In this document: positions 19,393-29,970 of the stretch, piece after piece
Numbering within the stretch: the first letter of the stretch is position 1
Layout: every line of letters begins with the position of its first letter
IMG/VR virus record: IMGVR_UViG_3300048588_001019
Coordinates: 1 to 64,000 of that record
Strand: one strand, 5' to 3'
From: a virus
Length of the DNA: 64,000 bases
Translations under genes and position numbers: made by a program
Notes under the pieces: model-generated
Told to the model about the DNA's origin: nothing
Seen by the model: the letters and a program-made list of their open reading frames with translations, nothing else
Databases searched by the model: none

Positions 19393-20865
19393 ATGAGATC
19401 CCTTTTTATTCTTATCGTATCTATTCTGATTTCAAGCTGCACCCCAGGCGTTCAATCGGTATCGACTCTTAAGGATATTGATTGTGCGGGATTGGTGATT
19501 CAGCCGGGGCAGCCACCTGCGGTCTGTAACGGTTCGATTGTTTATATAGACCCCGAAACAGGACAGCTCAAATTTTCAAACTTGGTCGCCACCGTCACAC
19601 AGCAAGCGGCCCAGGACATGACCAAAGACGAAATCGTTTATGCGGCTGTCGCCCCATACCTACCACCCCTGGCCGATGGTCTGTACAAGGCAGCTATCAA
19701 AAAGAATTACAGGGACGCCTGCGAGAAAGAGCGGGACGAGATCGCGGTGAAAGAGGCAGAGGTTAAAAAACTAACAGCTGACACGAACGTCCTGCTTGCC
19801 ACTGCCAACACTGAATTGCCTCGCCTCGAAAATAGTGCGAGCCAAAACGGTTTCGGACTACGAGAGAATCACGCCAGTGAGCTCGCTTCCTTCGAGCAGG
19901 CGTCGAAAGAACAGCTTGCGTCTTTGGCACAACAACTTCCGCCACCGAGCGATATTCCAGACGTAGGCCAAACCCCTGGCCAGCAATTCCCTGAGCAGGC
20001 GAAGGTCGAAAGAGGACAGGCCCTCATAGATAACGCCGAAGCAAAAATCGGAGCGTTCCGCGGACAAAGCGATTTCGAGACGAGAAGAGGATTACTTGCT
20101 TTGGCCAAGGAGGCCATGGGAGCGGCGCGTTTATCGTACCGAAACGGGCAAGTCGCACAGGGAGACTATCTCTACAACATCGCTGTTGCGGCAGCCGACA
20201 TAACTATGTCCATTGCACCGGTATTTGGTTGGGGCAAAGATTTCTACGAGGCACGATACGGCATAAATGCTTTGACTGGTAAGGAGCTGACCAAATTCGA
20301 AAGAACCATGGCCTGGGTGGGGGTAGTAACCGCAGGCATCGGTAGTAAGGTTGTGCTGGCAGTTAAGCTGGGGGCCTTCATAAAAATAGGCAAGAATGGT
20401 CTTCAGGAGCTAGCGGAAGCGGAGAAGTTCATTAGGGCTGCAGAATCATTAGGTTTAAGAAGCACCAGTGAGATAAAAGCCTTTAGTGATGTTGCTGATA
20501 AGATGGGAAAATCTGCCGAGGAGCTTGCCGACGCCATAAAAACTGGTGTAGGTAAATCAGGCCAAGATTTCGAACAGCACCTGATGAAAAAGCTTGGCGG
20601 TGAGCCGCCCTTCAAAGTTTCCAATTCTCGCGGTACTAGAGAATTCGACGGTAGGGTGGGAAAAGCTTGGTACGAGGCAAAGACTGGCTGGGAAGACCTT
20701 AACTTGGAAAAGTTCAAGTCAGACATGGGGAAAGGTTTATCTATATCGTCGGACGAAGGGGCTTCTTACCATTTGCTCACCAACTCAACCATTCCTGTAG
20801 ATTTACAGGAATGGCTTACGAAAAAAGGTATAACGTTCGTTCATTACACTGAGGTTCCCAAATGA
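19393..20865 (+). CDS. Lipoprotein polymorphic toxin: coiled coil, pre-toxin TG domain, restriction-endonuclease-fold tip
   Basis: Lipobox ISSC; PVFGWGKDFYEARYGINALTGKELTKFER (PT-TG); GQDFE..REFDG..WYEAKTG. Confidence 0.8.
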   Translation: MRSLFILIVSILISSCTPGVQSVSTLKDIDCAGLVIQPGQPPAVCNGSIVYIDPETGQLKFSNLVATVTQQAAQDMTKDEIVYAAVAPYLPPLADGLYKAAIKKNYRDACEKERDEIAVKEAEVKKLTADTNVLLATANTELPRLENSASQNGFGLRENHASELASFEQASKEQLASLAQQLPPPSDIPDVGQTPGQQFPEQAKVERGQALIDNAEAKIGAFRGQSDFETRRGLLALAKEAMGAARLSYRNGQVAQGDYLYNIAVAAADITMSIAPVFGWGKDFYEARYGINALTGKELTKFERTMAWVGVVTAGIGSKVVLAVKLGAFIKIGKNGLQELAEAEKFIRAAESLGLRSTSEIKAFSDVADKMGKSAEELADAIKTGVGKSGQDFEQHLMKKLGGEPPFKVSNSRGTREFDGRVGKAWYEAKTGWEDLNLEKFKSDMGKGLSISSDEGASYHLLTNSTIPVDLQEWLTKKGITFVHYTEVPK

Positions 20866-21326
20866 ATTCTTCTATGAGTGTCACGCAACTCAAGAGTGGC
20901 ATGGACTTTGTTGAACTGCTGAAGTGCTTTCTTTCAGCCTCCTGGGCGTTGGAGTATCAAGGCAAGGTCAACTTTACTCCAGTTGGGGGAGATTTTGGTG
21001 ATTGGGTGTCGGAACCTTTTGTTTCTAACGAAAAGGTTTTCGAAATCATCGCAAAGAAATTATCACTCAAAGAAGACATTGCAGTTACAATCTTTTATAA
21101 CGGATCTACCCACGGCGCCGATTTGCTTTTTAATCCTGCAAAAAATCAATTGACCATTAGCTGGGATGTTGATCGGGTCTTGGATAAAGCAGGCAATTTG
21201 GATTTTCCTTGGTATATAGAAAAAGTTAAGGTCGCATTATCGGGCAGATTCGCAGGATTGGTGTTACGCTCGGAAGAGCATGATTCTGGAGGTCGCTCTT
21301 TACAAGCCAGAGAAGACGTTCTTTAA
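20862..21326 (+). CDS. Putative cognate immunity protein
   Basis: ATGA overlap with the toxin stop; small, no signal peptide. Confidence 0.7.
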   Translation: MNSSMSVTQLKSGMDFVELLKCFLSASWALEYQGKVNFTPVGGDFGDWVSEPFVSNEKVFEIIAKKLSLKEDIAVTIFYNGSTHGADLLFNPAKNQLTISWDVDRVLDKAGNLDFPWYIEKVKVALSGRFAGLVLRSEEHDSGGRSLQAREDVL

Positions 21327-21356
21327 GAGTGGAAAATATGAGCGTCGGATTCATTC

Positions 21357-21695
21357 TTGGTAAACATGACGAAAAAAGAACGACTATCTTGGTCGCACCT
21401 TTCAATTAATTCCAAGCAGGAAATCCTGCATAGCCCTGTAGGTCGCGCCCTTGTAACAGGTTACGTGCTCGATAACACTGGAGATTCGATCGTTTTCGTG
21501 CCTGAACTAGTTGAATTAGGTTGGCCTGAAGGCCTCGACAACAAAACGTTACGGTCGTTCAGCGATGTCACCGAAGCCCAGCTGGAAAAATTAGAAAAGC
21601 AGGGACTTTTAACCGGCCGTCGGAAGCGCATAATAGACGAAGAACAAAATGCTTATGTTTGGGATTTTGATCAGGATTCGGGAGCCCTGCGATGA
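21357..21695 (+). CDS. Hypothetical protein, possible orphan immunity
   Basis: Small co-oriented ORF after the immunity gene. Confidence 0.5.
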   Translation: MVNMTKKERLSWSHLSINSKQEILHSPVGRALVTGYVLDNTGDSIVFVPELVELGWPEGLDNKTLRSFSDVTEAQLEKLEKQGLLTGRRKRIIDEEQNAYVWDFDQDSGALR

Positions 21696-22041
21696 CGTTC
21701 GTTGCCGCAAGGAATTGAAATAAATTTTCTTTGAGCGTTACCCACCTCAAGAATGGAAGAGTGATTCTTTAGGTCGCTCATTGCAGTCCAGGAAAGACGT
21801 TGTTAAGACATTCCGCGGATCAGACAGCACACGGCTGAAAGAGTTCGAACTCGATGGCTTCGAAATAAACCTTAGAAATCTGCAATTTGGATACAAGGCT
21901 TCCCTGCGGTCTCATACATAGTCACGACGGATTGAGAATTCTGGTGAAGCTTGAGTCTCCATATACCACAGCCATTGTGCCATCTTCATACAGCAAAAGC
22001 GATCCCATCCAAAACAAAGAATTCGCCAGGGGAAGGGCACT

Positions 22042-22290
22042 GTGAAATATCTGGACAAAATGTTGTTTATAATGTGCCTAGCGTTTTATGCCTGGGGAAT
22101 GATCGACGGCCGCGCTAAGTTTTGGGGAATGATCGGTGGAAATTCCACCTTCATATTTTATATTTTACTGTTGCGCAAACGGAAGGGGCAACGCCTCGTT
22201 GATGTGAGTGTTATGGTATTGATCGTATGCGTAGTCCTCCTTCTAGGCTTGCAGATCCTCGACTATATGAGAGATTTGCAGAAGGCCTGA
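22042..22290 (+). CDS. Small three-TM membrane protein, possible orphan immunity
   Basis: Three hydrophobic segments. Confidence 0.5.
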   Translation: MKYLDKMLFIMCLAFYAWGMIDGRAKFWGMIGGNSTFIFYILLLRKRKGQRLVDVSVMVLIVCVVLLLGLQILDYMRDLQKA

Positions 22291-22416
22291 ACGTTGACTA
22301 TTCTGCGACTCCGTATTTTTGTTAAAGACCTTTTTCAGGGGAGAAGCTGAGGCATGCTGAGTTGTCATGCCTTCTGCTTATGAGAGCCTGTTGACGTTTG
22401 TCATGCTTTCGTGGAC

Positions 22417-22890
22417 TTACTGAAACAGAGTTTGAATCATTCGTATTGTCTCTCTCTGATTCTCGATTTCAATCTGGCGCTGCTCCATTTCAAGCCGCCC
22501 TTTTTGTATATCGATCTGAGCCTCGGCACCCTTGCGATGCAGCTCGACCTGCTCTTCTTGAAGGGCAAGATATTCTTCTTCGGCTTTGGCTTTGCGTTCT
22601 TCCTGCATTTTCTTTGCCTTTTCTTCCTCGTCTTTGGCACTATTTGCTGCGACCATTGGAGCCAATTTAAGGCGAACTAATCTGCAAAATTTTGGGGTGC
22701 TTAGGCAGTCCTCACTCGCATCTGCAAGCCTTTTGCATGAAATCTGGATTTGGGAGTTACATTCCTCGGCGAGAAGGGCTACCCCCTTCTCATAGAGCTG
22801 AGAGGAAAGACGGCCATTTTTTACCTTAATGCGAAGGGTGTCGGCGCTTTTTGCAGCTTCCACACATGCAGCGCCGTCAAGCGTCCCCAT
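22417..22890 (-). CDS. Hypothetical Cys/coiled-coil protein, possibly the frameshifted C-terminal half of 22908-23585
   Basis: Reading frame stays open upstream of the ATG into the end of the neighbouring ORF. Confidence 0.5.
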   Translation of the reverse strand: MGTLDGAACVEAAKSADTLRIKVKNGRLSSQLYEKGVALLAEECNSQIQISCKRLADASEDCLSTPKFCRLVRLKLAPMVAANSAKDEEEKAKKMQEERKAKAEEEYLALQEEQVELHRKGAEAQIDIQKGRLEMEQRQIEIENQRETIRMIQTLFQ

Positions 22891-22907
22891 GCAAAGTATT
22901 CCTGCTG

Positions 22908-23585
22908 CTAAAAGCTCGTTTCTGGTGTCCTGGTTTGGCTGGCCACACTAAGCGCTTCACTACAGTTCTTCTTAATTGCAGCGATTCCCTGATCCTTTTG
23001 TGCTGCAATACAGAGACCAATACGAGCCCTGGTTCTAAAGGAGTTCGCCCCTGGTCCAGAGTATGTTTCAAGAATCTTGAGTGCGTTTGAACAGTGGTCA
23101 GCATATTCGCTTTTCTGCGGCACCATACGACACTTTTGTGACAGCTCTGTCAGAAGTTTTTCTTCTTCCAGAACCTTGGCGTTGTCCGTGACACCATTCT
23201 TGCTTGGAGACAAAGGGGAGCTGATTGCGGCTTGATAAGCTTCGTATGATGGCTCAATACACTGAATTACGAGCTTGGCTTGAACCCAACGATTGAAGGT
23301 ATTAGGGTCAATTTTTCGCTCAGTAACTACTGAGTCAAAGAGCTTGGATCCTTTTGGGCAGATTGCGTCGATTTTCGGCTTTAGCGATGCCTGCGCGGAT
23401 GCAAGAATCTGTTCTTTATTGAACTCAGTATGAAGATTCTGGATAGTGGTTTCGACCTCATAACGCCGCGGCTTTACAACTTCGGGAGGCAGCGACTCAT
23501 GCCAGCTAATCTCAGAAATACTGTCAGTCGCGCAAGAGAGCTGAGTGAAAGCAGTCAATAAAAATAGGTGCTGTAAACACTTCAT
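22908..23585 (-). CDS. Lipoprotein
   Basis: MKCLQHLFLLTAFTQLSC lipobox. Confidence 0.7.
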   Translation of the reverse strand: MKCLQHLFLLTAFTQLSCATDSISEISWHESLPPEVVKPRRYEVETTIQNLHTEFNKEQILASAQASLKPKIDAICPKGSKLFDSVVTERKIDPNTFNRWVQAKLVIQCIEPSYEAYQAAISSPLSPSKNGVTDNAKVLEEEKLLTELSQKCRMVPQKSEYADHCSNALKILETYSGPGANSFRTRARIGLCIAAQKDQGIAAIKKNCSEALSVASQTRTPETSF

Positions 23586-23654
23586 GAATGAGTCTCATCA
23601 GGATTGTTCGCCTCGCCCGATGTGAAGCGAGCTTCAATAGTAGTTGCAAGGTAA

Positions 23655-23939
23655 TCAGCTGGCTTTTGCCATCCCCGTCTTTGCAGTAGCTTGATTCCTA
23701 GCCTTTTTCTTTAACTTTTTTGCTTCCGATGTTTCTAAATTTTTCTGAATGACGCTTAAACCGCCTCCGCACTTTGCGCTTAATTGAGTGCCGTCGCAGC
23801 ATTGATTGGAGCAGACGCCTCCTTGGTGAGAACAGCATCCTCGTCGACCTTCCGCGACTTGCGATATCGGAAGTAAGACTGCGGTGGCGAATATGAATCT
23901 CTTCAACAGCTTCATAAGTAACCTCAAATTTTTGAGCAA
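23655..23939 (-). CDS. Small secreted Cys-rich protein (RRGCCSHxGGVC type)
   Basis: Signal peptide then RRGCCSHQGGVCSNQCCDGTQLSAKC. Confidence 0.7.
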   Translation of the reverse strand: MLKNLRLLMKLLKRFIFATAVLLPISQVAEGRRGCCSHQGGVCSNQCCDGTQLSAKCGGGLSVIQKNLETSEAKKLKKKARNQATAKTGMAKAS

Positions 23940-24268
23940 CCTATCACTTCCACCAGACCTGTAAAGACCATTCTCTACGAAAATCGAATGTTCGGCGAGT
24001 TGGGCATTTATCCGAACAATAAATGAGCAATAGTAGCAAGAAAATGTCCATCATGCCTTGGCGATATCCTGCAAATGACGGAATTTATGTAACTTTGAAA
24101 GTTAAGAGGTGCTTGGACGCCGGGACCTTAAGCGCGGAACTATCAAGTTTTCTATTATGCCTTAGGGGCTAGGCCACCAAATGGCCTTATAGGAGAAGCA
24201 TCGTGAAAGCATTTCCTCTGACAATGCTAATCCGACGAAGACTGATTTGCTGGTTGAGATGGTAGGGC

Positions 24269-24540
24269 AGTAAAGAAATCTTAACCTTTGGATGCCATCG
24301 AGGTGATGCTTCAAGTGTGCGCAGCCACTTCCTATATCATGGGTCAGTGGTTTGTGATTGACCATCGCAATGAGGGCAGCGGTCAATAGATCCCCAGATA
24401 GCCAAGGATAGTGTTCCGCACTCTGAACACGCAGCGGCAATTTCCATTTGTTCCAGGATAGTAAAAACCAGTGCTTCAAATTCGGGTTTCGATGATTTCC
24501 TTTTGGCGAAGGTTAATGGTGACACTCCTAATCAATCATC
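24269..24540. repeat. Backbone repeat: 18-bp motif plus degenerate minus-strand zinc-ribbon gene, copy 1
   Basis: Aligns with 29276-29545 and 29650-29791; CSECGTLSLAIWG..CPHCDGQSQ. Confidence 0.9.
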
Positions 24541-24779
24541 TTCAGAAGTGTTGAGCTAGGGAGGTGGATCATTACAGTATGTCAGACCCAAAGGGTAGGA
24601 AATTGATTTCATCCGCGGAATTGTGAGTTGCTTACCAAAGAAGTATCCAGGCAACGTCTTGTATTTCGCTCAGCACAGAACATAGCCCCTACAGAGTATT
24701 TATTAAACAATCGAAAGTATTGACAATATTCAGCTGATGAAGGGGCGTGGTACCCAGGAAATATCTCAGTCGGAATTGC

Positions 24780-24806
24780 TAAAGCTTTCATCCGCTTCAC
24801 CGATCC
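24780..24806 (+). promoter_or_regulatory. Possible sigma28-type promoter
   Basis: TAAA-N15-ACCGATCC just upstream of 24844. Confidence 0.45.
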
Positions 24807-24843
24807 TTCTCTCAGATGGGTTTGCGCAAACGAGGCTTAAAAG

Positions 24844-27159
24844 ATGAAGAGTCTTCTGATATTCCTGATAGCGACCGTGATAACTTCATGCGGAGTGGAC
24901 AAAAAGTCCAGTAGCGAAACGAGCGATGGATTGTCGTGCCCATCAGCGATAGTCAGTCCCGCTGTCCCGGCAGCCGCAGGTCAATTGGTTTTCACTCTTC
25001 CCGAAACTATTGATAGCTGTTCAGTGGAAGGTTATGTCGTTGGCTATGAAGGTACTCTTAAAGTTGAGAGAACTAATGAAGGTTTTTTTGTTCTAAACAA
25101 TATTCCCGCAGGCCAGCTCGACATTATTATCACAGGTAACGACGTTGGAGCAGGTTTATGGCTCGACAAGAAGGAAAAAGAGCGTGGCAAGAGGATCAAG
25201 AAAACCAAAATCCTAAATGGTGTTAAAACAGACGGCGGTGAAATCGATCTTCCTAGAATGGGCATAATTGTAGGCAAAGCAGTACTTAATGGCCAAACAG
25301 ATCATGCCGGTATTGATGTTTATGTTCCTGGTACTGAATACACTGCAAAGACAGATACTGAGGGAAAATTCTCGTTCACTGCAGTTCCAGTAGGTGAACA
25401 TAACCTTTATTTTGAAAAAGATGGGTATCACCGTGGCCAGATTGAAGGGATTAAAGTTGCAGAGTCGATCGAGACGAAGCTCGATGATTTGACATTGGTT
25501 TTGTCGACTGGAGCTGAAGGTTTCATTATTATTGAAAACGGTGCAGCTTTAGTGAATTCCAGAACTGTAAACCTCAATATTGGTGCTACGGAAGATGCTG
25601 TGCTGATGAAAATATCTGAATCAAACGTGTTCGAAGGCGTTTCTTGGAAACCAGTGAAAAGCTCCCTGCAATATGTTTTTGATAGCCAAGGTGAAAAAAA
25701 GCTATATGTAAAATTTGCAAATGCCAATGGTCTTGAAAGTTCCCCGTTCACAGATGAAGTAATTGTAGATATTTTTTCGAATGGCAGCGCGATATTTGCA
25801 CCATCATATTCAGTGTCGTCTGTTGTTCCTCCCTCTAGTACCTTTACTCTTTCAAATATCGCATTGCCTGGAAATGCAACTGAAATGATGGTTTCTACAT
25901 CATCGACTTTTTCGGGAGCATCATGGGAAACGCCGACAACGAACAAACAGATTGTTTTTCCGGCAAACTATTCCAGTTGTGGCACCAAAAAGTTCTACCT
26001 GAAATTTAAGGATTCGGATGGTTACGAGAGTCCTACTACAAGCAAAAGTGCTGATTTATTGTGCTGGGAAAGTATGTCATCGTCCGGTGCGCCAATTGTC
26101 AGTAGCGGTATTAATGGAGCGAACGGGTATCAACCCAATCCTTTACCGTGGACGGGTTCTGAGGTTTTGTTGGTTGGTTACAACTCTGGAATGTTGGGGG
26201 GGAATACCATTGGTGCAGGAGCATATAACCCTGAAACTGATACGTGGCGAAGCTTGTCTACAACCGGACACACGGGTACTTTGTTCGGCTATGTTTCGGT
26301 GCTCACTAACACTGGAAAGCTAATAACATGGGGCGGCAGTGATCTTGATGGAACGCCTCTTCATAGCGATGGAGCAATATTTTCCATTGGCAGTAATTCT
26401 TGGACTCCAATGTCAAATATCAATTCGCCCTCTGCTAGATACAACCTGTCCGGTATTTGGACTGGTGAAACAGGTAATGCTATTACAAGCAATCGCCTAA
26501 TTTTGTGGGGTGGACAATCATATTCTTATCCAACAGATGGCTTCATATATCGAGCTGATAATGATAGTTGGTCGTCAATCAATTCTACAAATGCTCCTCA
26601 AGCAAGGTCATCAGCGAATATTACCTGGGCCAGTAATAACATGATCGTTTGGGGTGGGTATAGCACGTGTCCTGGTTGTCAACCAATTAACGATGGGGGT
26701 CTGTATGATCCGTCAAATGACACCTGGACAGCGACTGCTATCGGGCCGACAGCAAGATACGGTCATGCATTTGTGAAGACTTCCGATGATGAAATATTTG
26801 TGTGGGGTGGATTCGCGCCAAATGGCCTCTCAGTTTTTGCCGATGGAATGATCTTTACGCCATCTACAAATTCTTGGAGATCAATTTCAAGTACTGGGGC
26901 ACCTTTGCCAAGAGGTAATGTTGCAGCAGTCGCATTGGACAATGGGAGAGTTTTCGTGTTCGGTGGTCAAGATGCTGCCAGCGGTTGCTTCAATACGACT
27001 GGTGCAATTTATGATTCAAGAGCCAACACATGGACTTCGGTCACCTACGGAGACACAGCACTCGATAGATCGGGGTGTGCGCAGTATTACTTATCTTGGA
27101 CCGGGTCAAAGGTGGTGATTTGGGCATTGGATCGTGGGGTTATTTTTAGTCCTTTTTGA
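24844..27159 (+). CDS. Lipoprotein with carboxypeptidase-regulatory-like/Ig domains and Kelch beta-propeller
   Basis: Lipobox ITSC; AKTDTEGKFSFTAVPVGEH; repeated WGG...G..Y.P....W. Confidence 0.85.
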   Translation: MKSLLIFLIATVITSCGVDKKSSSETSDGLSCPSAIVSPAVPAAAGQLVFTLPETIDSCSVEGYVVGYEGTLKVERTNEGFFVLNNIPAGQLDIIITGNDVGAGLWLDKKEKERGKRIKKTKILNGVKTDGGEIDLPRMGIIVGKAVLNGQTDHAGIDVYVPGTEYTAKTDTEGKFSFTAVPVGEHNLYFEKDGYHRGQIEGIKVAESIETKLDDLTLVLSTGAEGFIIIENGAALVNSRTVNLNIGATEDAVLMKISESNVFEGVSWKPVKSSLQYVFDSQGEKKLYVKFANANGLESSPFTDEVIVDIFSNGSAIFAPSYSVSSVVPPSSTFTLSNIALPGNATEMMVSTSSTFSGASWETPTTNKQIVFPANYSSCGTKKFYLKFKDSDGYESPTTSKSADLLCWESMSSSGAPIVSSGINGANGYQPNPLPWTGSEVLLVGYNSGMLGGNTIGAGAYNPETDTWRSLSTTGHTGTLFGYVSVLTNTGKLITWGGSDLDGTPLHSDGAIFSIGSNSWTPMSNINSPSARYNLSGIWTGETGNAITSNRLILWGGQSYSYPTDGFIYRADNDSWSSINSTNAPQARSSANITWASNNMIVWGGYSTCPGCQPINDGGLYDPSNDTWTATAIGPTARYGHAFVKTSDDEIFVWGGFAPNGLSVFADGMIFTPSTNSWRSISSTGAPLPRGNVAAVALDNGRVFVFGGQDAASGCFNTTGAIYDSRANTWTSVTYGDTALDRSGCAQYYLSWTGSKVVIWALDRGVIFSPF

Positions 27160-27500
27160 TACTCAACGGGATTACGTGCGAGCTGATAAACTCAGAAAAA
27201 ATGCGCGAAATCAAATCCATTGTATGCCTTGATAAGAAATGTTGTGTGGGCTTTAGTGATCTGTATGTATTGTCGTATTTTCTATCTGATGGTTGAATAG
27301 CGTGTATCGCCTTCATATCTGCGACTACAATATATTAATAGAAATATCTAAACTGCACAATAACCGGGCATCGTATGGGTAACAACCCTATTTGGGTCCT
27401 TCATGGCAGGGGGGCCTCACTAGCTGGCTGATTCCTTTTCTTTGCGGAAGAAAATCAGGGGTATGTTCGGTGGCATTAAGAGGATTTGTCGAACCACAGC

Positions 27501-28829
27501 TTAGCCGGCAGAATCAAGATCCCAATGTTCTGCAAGAAAGGCATCTCTGACTTTTTCTCGCTCTCGCTCGTATGCTCTGAACTTTTCAACATCCTCCAAG
27601 ACACTGCGCATTCCGTGAGCCCGTATAGAAACGAGCAACGATCTGCCCCAGAACAATATCTGCATAGCAAACCCAATCCCAAAAGAACCCAAAAGGCAGA
27701 CGCTTGTGTATTGTTTTAGCCCAAGATTAGGCAAGTTCAATGCAATTATCGAGCCTGCTGTGAAGGCTGCTGTTGAAGCCATGCTGCCAAGCCAGACAGC
27801 CCAAGGGAATCGTTTGTCAGAGTCGACGATCCATGCCGACAAATGAGCATGCGCAAATCCAAGTCCGCGAGTAAGGATATCGTCCTTGGTTGTCAAATTG
27901 AATGCACTTCCACAAAGGGCATAGGAGTATGCTACACCGGGTGCAGAGTTGAATCCCAACGATACACACCTTTCTGCGATCGATGCTGAAACCATTGAAA
28001 TTCCGCCGCCAAGGCTATGTCCGACAGTAAGAATAAATTCCGCCGCCTCAGAATCACATTTTTTTAGGATTTCCCTCGTTGCAACTTCATAACGATGATG
28101 ACGCGTTACCAAAGAAGGAAATCTGAAAGCCAATTCATTCCAAAAAAGATGAAATACGTACGTCACGGCTATCATCCAGAGGAGTATGAAGAAAGTCTTC
28201 TTAAAATCGGAGACTGAATAACTTGAATAGTATAGACCAGTTGCCAGGATAAAACTCGACACCACAAGAAGAGTAGTGCACATCAAGATCGGGAGGACAG
28301 GTATCAAGCGCATAGCATTGGTGAACGAAATCTCGCCCCGGAGCAGCATCAAATTTTGCCTCCAATTTGAAATAGAAGGCACGGTGCCTCGGACTACCAC
28401 AATCCTATGTCTGCCCCCATTGGCTTTAAAAACCCACGCTTTCAACTTCTTCTCTGGAATGTAGCATCGCGAAAAACTTTCGGGAATTTTTTCAATCAGT
28501 TCCTTATCGAGTTCATCATAGTATACGGCATCAGACAGCAATGCACAGCGTTCAACGACATCCAGATTCTCTCGTTTGAATTTGTTGACAATCCATCTCA
28601 ACTCTTCTCTTCGCTCTGCAAAGGAGAGTTTAGTTAAACGCTCTTGTTGTGGTTTCTCCGTTCTCAAAGCGTTTCTACTAAGCACTTCCTCGATTGTTCG
28701 GAAATGCCCGACTATGTCGTCGGCTATGTACGGCATGTTCTCTCCAGGCGAGAAATTGAATGTAAGAGATAATTGTAAGCCACCTAGCCAAAGTCGGTAG
28801 TAAAGATTTTCGGTTTTCAAACTCTGCAT
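27501..28829 (-). CDS. Membrane-associated lipase class 3 (alpha/beta hydrolase)
   Basis: IVVVRGT, VGHSLGGG, terminal His (AHGM), inserted TM segments. Confidence 0.75.
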   Translation of the reverse strand: MQSLKTENLYYRLWLGGLQLSLTFNFSPGENMPYIADDIVGHFRTIEEVLSRNALRTEKPQQERLTKLSFAERREELRWIVNKFKRENLDVVERCALLSDAVYYDELDKELIEKIPESFSRCYIPEKKLKAWVFKANGGRHRIVVVRGTVPSISNWRQNLMLLRGEISFTNAMRLIPVLPILMCTTLLVVSSFILATGLYYSSYSVSDFKKTFFILLWMIAVTYVFHLFWNELAFRFPSLVTRHHRYEVATREILKKCDSEAAEFILTVGHSLGGGISMVSASIAERCVSLGFNSAPGVAYSYALCGSAFNLTTKDDILTRGLGFAHAHLSAWIVDSDKRFPWAVWLGSMASTAAFTAGSIIALNLPNLGLKQYTSVCLLGSFGIGFAMQILFWGRSLLVSIRAHGMRSVLEDVEKFRAYEREREKVRDAFLAEHWDLDSAG

Positions 28830-29342
28830 TCATATAATTAACCATACCCCAGTATATTGGCTTTCCAGGCACCTGCATTCTTACAGACCAGAGGATTGTG
28901 ATGGGATGAAGTTTTCGAGTTGATGAGCGTTTGATCACCACGTGTGCGACAACTACTGAACCAAGACTCAACTCCGATAGGATCCCTTAGCTCAGACGGC
29001 ACCGGATGACAGCTGCGGCCCGACAGTCTAAATGGGTAGCAAAAAATGCGGGTCTTAACACACTGATTCTATGAATAAAAAAAACTTCTCTGTGACGGTA
29101 GTCGGGTGGATTTAGTGAGGGCGCTTTTCCTAAGTGTTCTGTGAATCCTAGTGAATGTGGGCTTCAGGATAGTTTGTTGAGAAGGCCTTTTGGGATGAGC
29201 ATCGTGGTGCATATCCCCCTGACAACACGAATCCGAGCAAGACTCATTTTGTTAAGCAGCAGGCAGGGTTATGGCGGTAAAGGATTCTTAACCTGCGAAA
29301 GGATGTCGGAGCCACGCCTCAAGCTTCCACAGGTTGTCTTCA

Positions 29343-29540
29343 TCACGGGTTTGTTGATTGCGACTGACCATCGCAATGTGGACAAGGTCCTGTTGCTCCC
29401 CAGATTGCCAGTGATAGCTTCCCGCAGTCGGGGCACGCTGCATCGAATTGCATTTGTTCGAGGAGCGATGTTACTTGCTTTTCATGGTCGATCATCATTT
29501 TATTTCCTTTGAAAGGGTTATCGTTGACCCATTCAATCAA
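29343..29540 (-). CDS. Small double-CxxC zinc-ribbon protein (copy 2 of repeat)
   Basis: CPDCGKLSLAIWGATGPCPHCDG; 18-bp motif at 29276. Confidence 0.6.
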   Translation of the reverse strand: MIEWVNDNPFKGNKMMIDHEKQVTSLLEQMQFDAACPDCGKLSLAIWGATGPCPHCDGQSQSTNP

Positions 29541-29649
29541 TCATTTTCCGCCTCGGTCTTCCACGGAGATGAACTGGCAATAAAATGTCTCTTGCTAAGT
29601 GACTTTCAACAAAACCCACTCTGCCTTTGAGTGTGGAATGCAGCCTGGC

Positions 29650-29791
29650 CGTAAAGAAATCTTAACCGTGCATTAGGGCCATCGAGGCGATGCTTCAAGC
29701 TTCCGCATGGCCTTGCCTCTACCGCCTATATCATGGGTTTGCAGTTTGTGATTGACCATCACAATATGGGCAATGGCCTGTGGATCCCCAG
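29650..29791. repeat. Backbone repeat copy 3 (motif plus truncated zinc-ribbon gene)
   Basis: TAAAGAAATCTTAACC...GCCATCGAGG.GATGCTTCAAG...TTTGTGATTGACCATC aligns with 24269-24400. Confidence 0.9.
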
Positions 29792-29970
29792 GCATGTTGG
29801 CCTTACTGCTAAGTTGATAGGGATTGACCGAGGTGCTTACTTCAGATCGGGGCAACTCAATCAGGCATGGAGGACGACGTTGCAAGAAAACTATATTAGA
29901 TAAGGGATATGGTAGCGATAAATCGCTAGTCCAAAATTCCGATCTATTATAGCGTAATCTCGCTTTTTCC

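Noticed and set aside
21700-22040. Possible decayed toxin tip before 22042
   Set aside because: Broken frames with no recognisable motif
27394-27400. Extra GGGTCCT (also near 32677) as further cos sites
   Set aside because: A 7-mer is expected by chance several times in 64 kb, and the downstream cos-like sequence is absent
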